Source: Leucoraja ocellata
Taxonomy: Eukaryota
Assembly (NCBI GenBank): GCA_036785375.1
Contig: JAWMAR010000158.1
Span: 1,612,001-1,676,000, forward strand
Reading direction: 5' to 3'
Length of the DNA stretch: 64,000 nucleotides
Shown here: positions 62,613-64,000 of the stretch, piece after piece
Numbering within the stretch: the stretch's first letter is position 1
How the letters are laid out: every line of letters begins with the position of its first letter
Notes under the pieces: generated by a model
The model's input: only the letters and a program-made list of their open reading frames with translations
What the model was told of the DNA's origin: nothing
The model's database searches: none
Made by a program: the position numbers and the translations under genes

Positions 62613-62789
62613 TGCTTGCAGGAAACACTCCATGGGTTATTCAGCATTTACAGAGTGAGAAATGGAGATAGTATTTCAAGACATTTAACTTTAATCAGAA
62701 TTGAATAAAATAAATTAACAAACAAGTGTTGACGTGCAATAAAAGAGTACACATACACAGAGAAGCAAAGGCAGGCGAGTAGTCTGTTA

Positions 62790-63365
62790 AGCCCGTCCCA
62801 CTTTCACGACCTAATTGGTGACCTCTGCCGAGTTTGCCCTTGACTCATATTCGCAGCATGGTCGCCACGAGGTCATAGGAGGTGTTCGTAACTCTTCCTC
62901 ATTCCCGTGAGTGGTCTCCGCGTACCCGTGGCCTCAAGTAGGTCGCGGCATTTTTGCCAGCCTGAAAAAAATGTCCACAAGTAAAAAAAAGGTCGACATG
63001 GAAAAAATTGATACTTTTTACTCGTCGGTAGGTCGTATGTAGGTTGTGCTGGTAGTCGTAGGTGGTCGTAGATAGTCGTAGATAGTCATAGGTCGGTAAC
63101 TGGTCCAAGAAAAAAATACAAACATGACATCATTTTATCATGTGATCATTTTCCACTCGTAGCTAGTCGTAGTTGGTCTTAGGTGTGGAAGACTGAGGTC
63201 GAGGGGGGGGGGGACATAGGAGGTCATAGCCATAGTTGTAGGAGGTCTTAGACATAGTCATAGGACGTCTTTTACTTCGGCGAGTCAACACGACCGTGAC
63301 ATGTTTTTCAACTCGTCCAGGGTCTTCTAAACTCACGGATTAGGTCGTCCAAGTGGGACAGGCCC
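62790..63365. mobile_element. PIF/Harbinger-type MITE
   Basis: TIRs (A)GCCCGTCCCACTT and AAGTGGGACAGGCCC, with TTA on both flanks. Internal (GGTCGTA)-like repeats. Confidence 0.8.
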
Positions 63366-64000
63366 TTAAGAAGGAAAGAGGGATTGAATGAGTAATGGAG
63401 GAATGGTGTGAAGTGAAAGAGGGTAGGAATGGGAAAAATAATAGAAAGTGAATCAACGTTACTGTTTGCAGGTAAGCTGAACACTTACAGGAAATTAGTC
63501 ATTGCGTTTTCCAAAAATATACTGGTTAAAGGAAGGAGCATGCATGGACAAGTGGGTGATGTCAATACCTGCCTAGACCACAGATAATTTAACAATCCCA
63601 TCAAATCTTACTGCCCTCAGCTTCCAATCTTCTCTGGCAATAGGGTATAATGTATAATAATTCTGTGGAGCATGCAGTACTACGTGCTGAAGTGCAGAAT
63701 TTTGTGATACTGTATGTAACTTACATCATTTTTGGTAGCTTGGAAGGTTCTAACACGATTAAGTGTAACTGTGATCTCGGCTGATACTGAAATCTAAGAC
63801 TAATACTACTACCATGCTTTCTCCCATCTTTCTCTGCATCAAATATTTATCTACCTATCCATATAATGGTTCCTTTCTTGATCACTGTGTACAGAATTGC
63901 ACAATGTCCTCAAAACAAATTCTTGATTTTCTTTTCCAATTCCCTTCTTCGATCCTGTCCAATATCTTTAAATTAATAAACATTAATTCTTCAAGAAAAC

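Overview
Eukaryotic, repeat-dominated DNA with no recognisable host gene. The repeat content (tRNA-headed HE1-like SINEs with CR1-type tails, CR1/HER1-like LINEs, Rex1/Babar LINEs, a Deu-domain SINE) points to a cartilaginous fish, probably a skate or ray; this is an inference from recalled repeat families. The main object is an 8.3-kb minus-strand endogenous retrovirus at 32786-41127. It has two LTRs, a perfect tRNA-Pro primer-binding site, a polypurine tract and an imperfect 4-bp target-site duplication. Inside are a 2.1-kb leader, a long frameshifted gag with an extra CxxC-x8-CxxC motif and two widely spaced zinc knuckles, a pol reduced to short remnants, and no env. Four younger elements are nested in it, and a related solo LTR lies at 47302-48046. 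A second theme is the many short Penelope-derived pieces carrying minimal hammerhead-ribozyme cores, often as inverted (fold-back) pairs, plus a decayed Penelope RT/GIY-YIG element. Also present are a near-full-length young Rex1/Babar LINE, DIRS-like remnants, non-autonomous Helitrons, hAT, Harbinger and Tc1/pogo-type MITEs, and repeat-free blocks that may be conserved non-coding elements. Family assignments rest on motifs read by eye; no alignment or database search was run.
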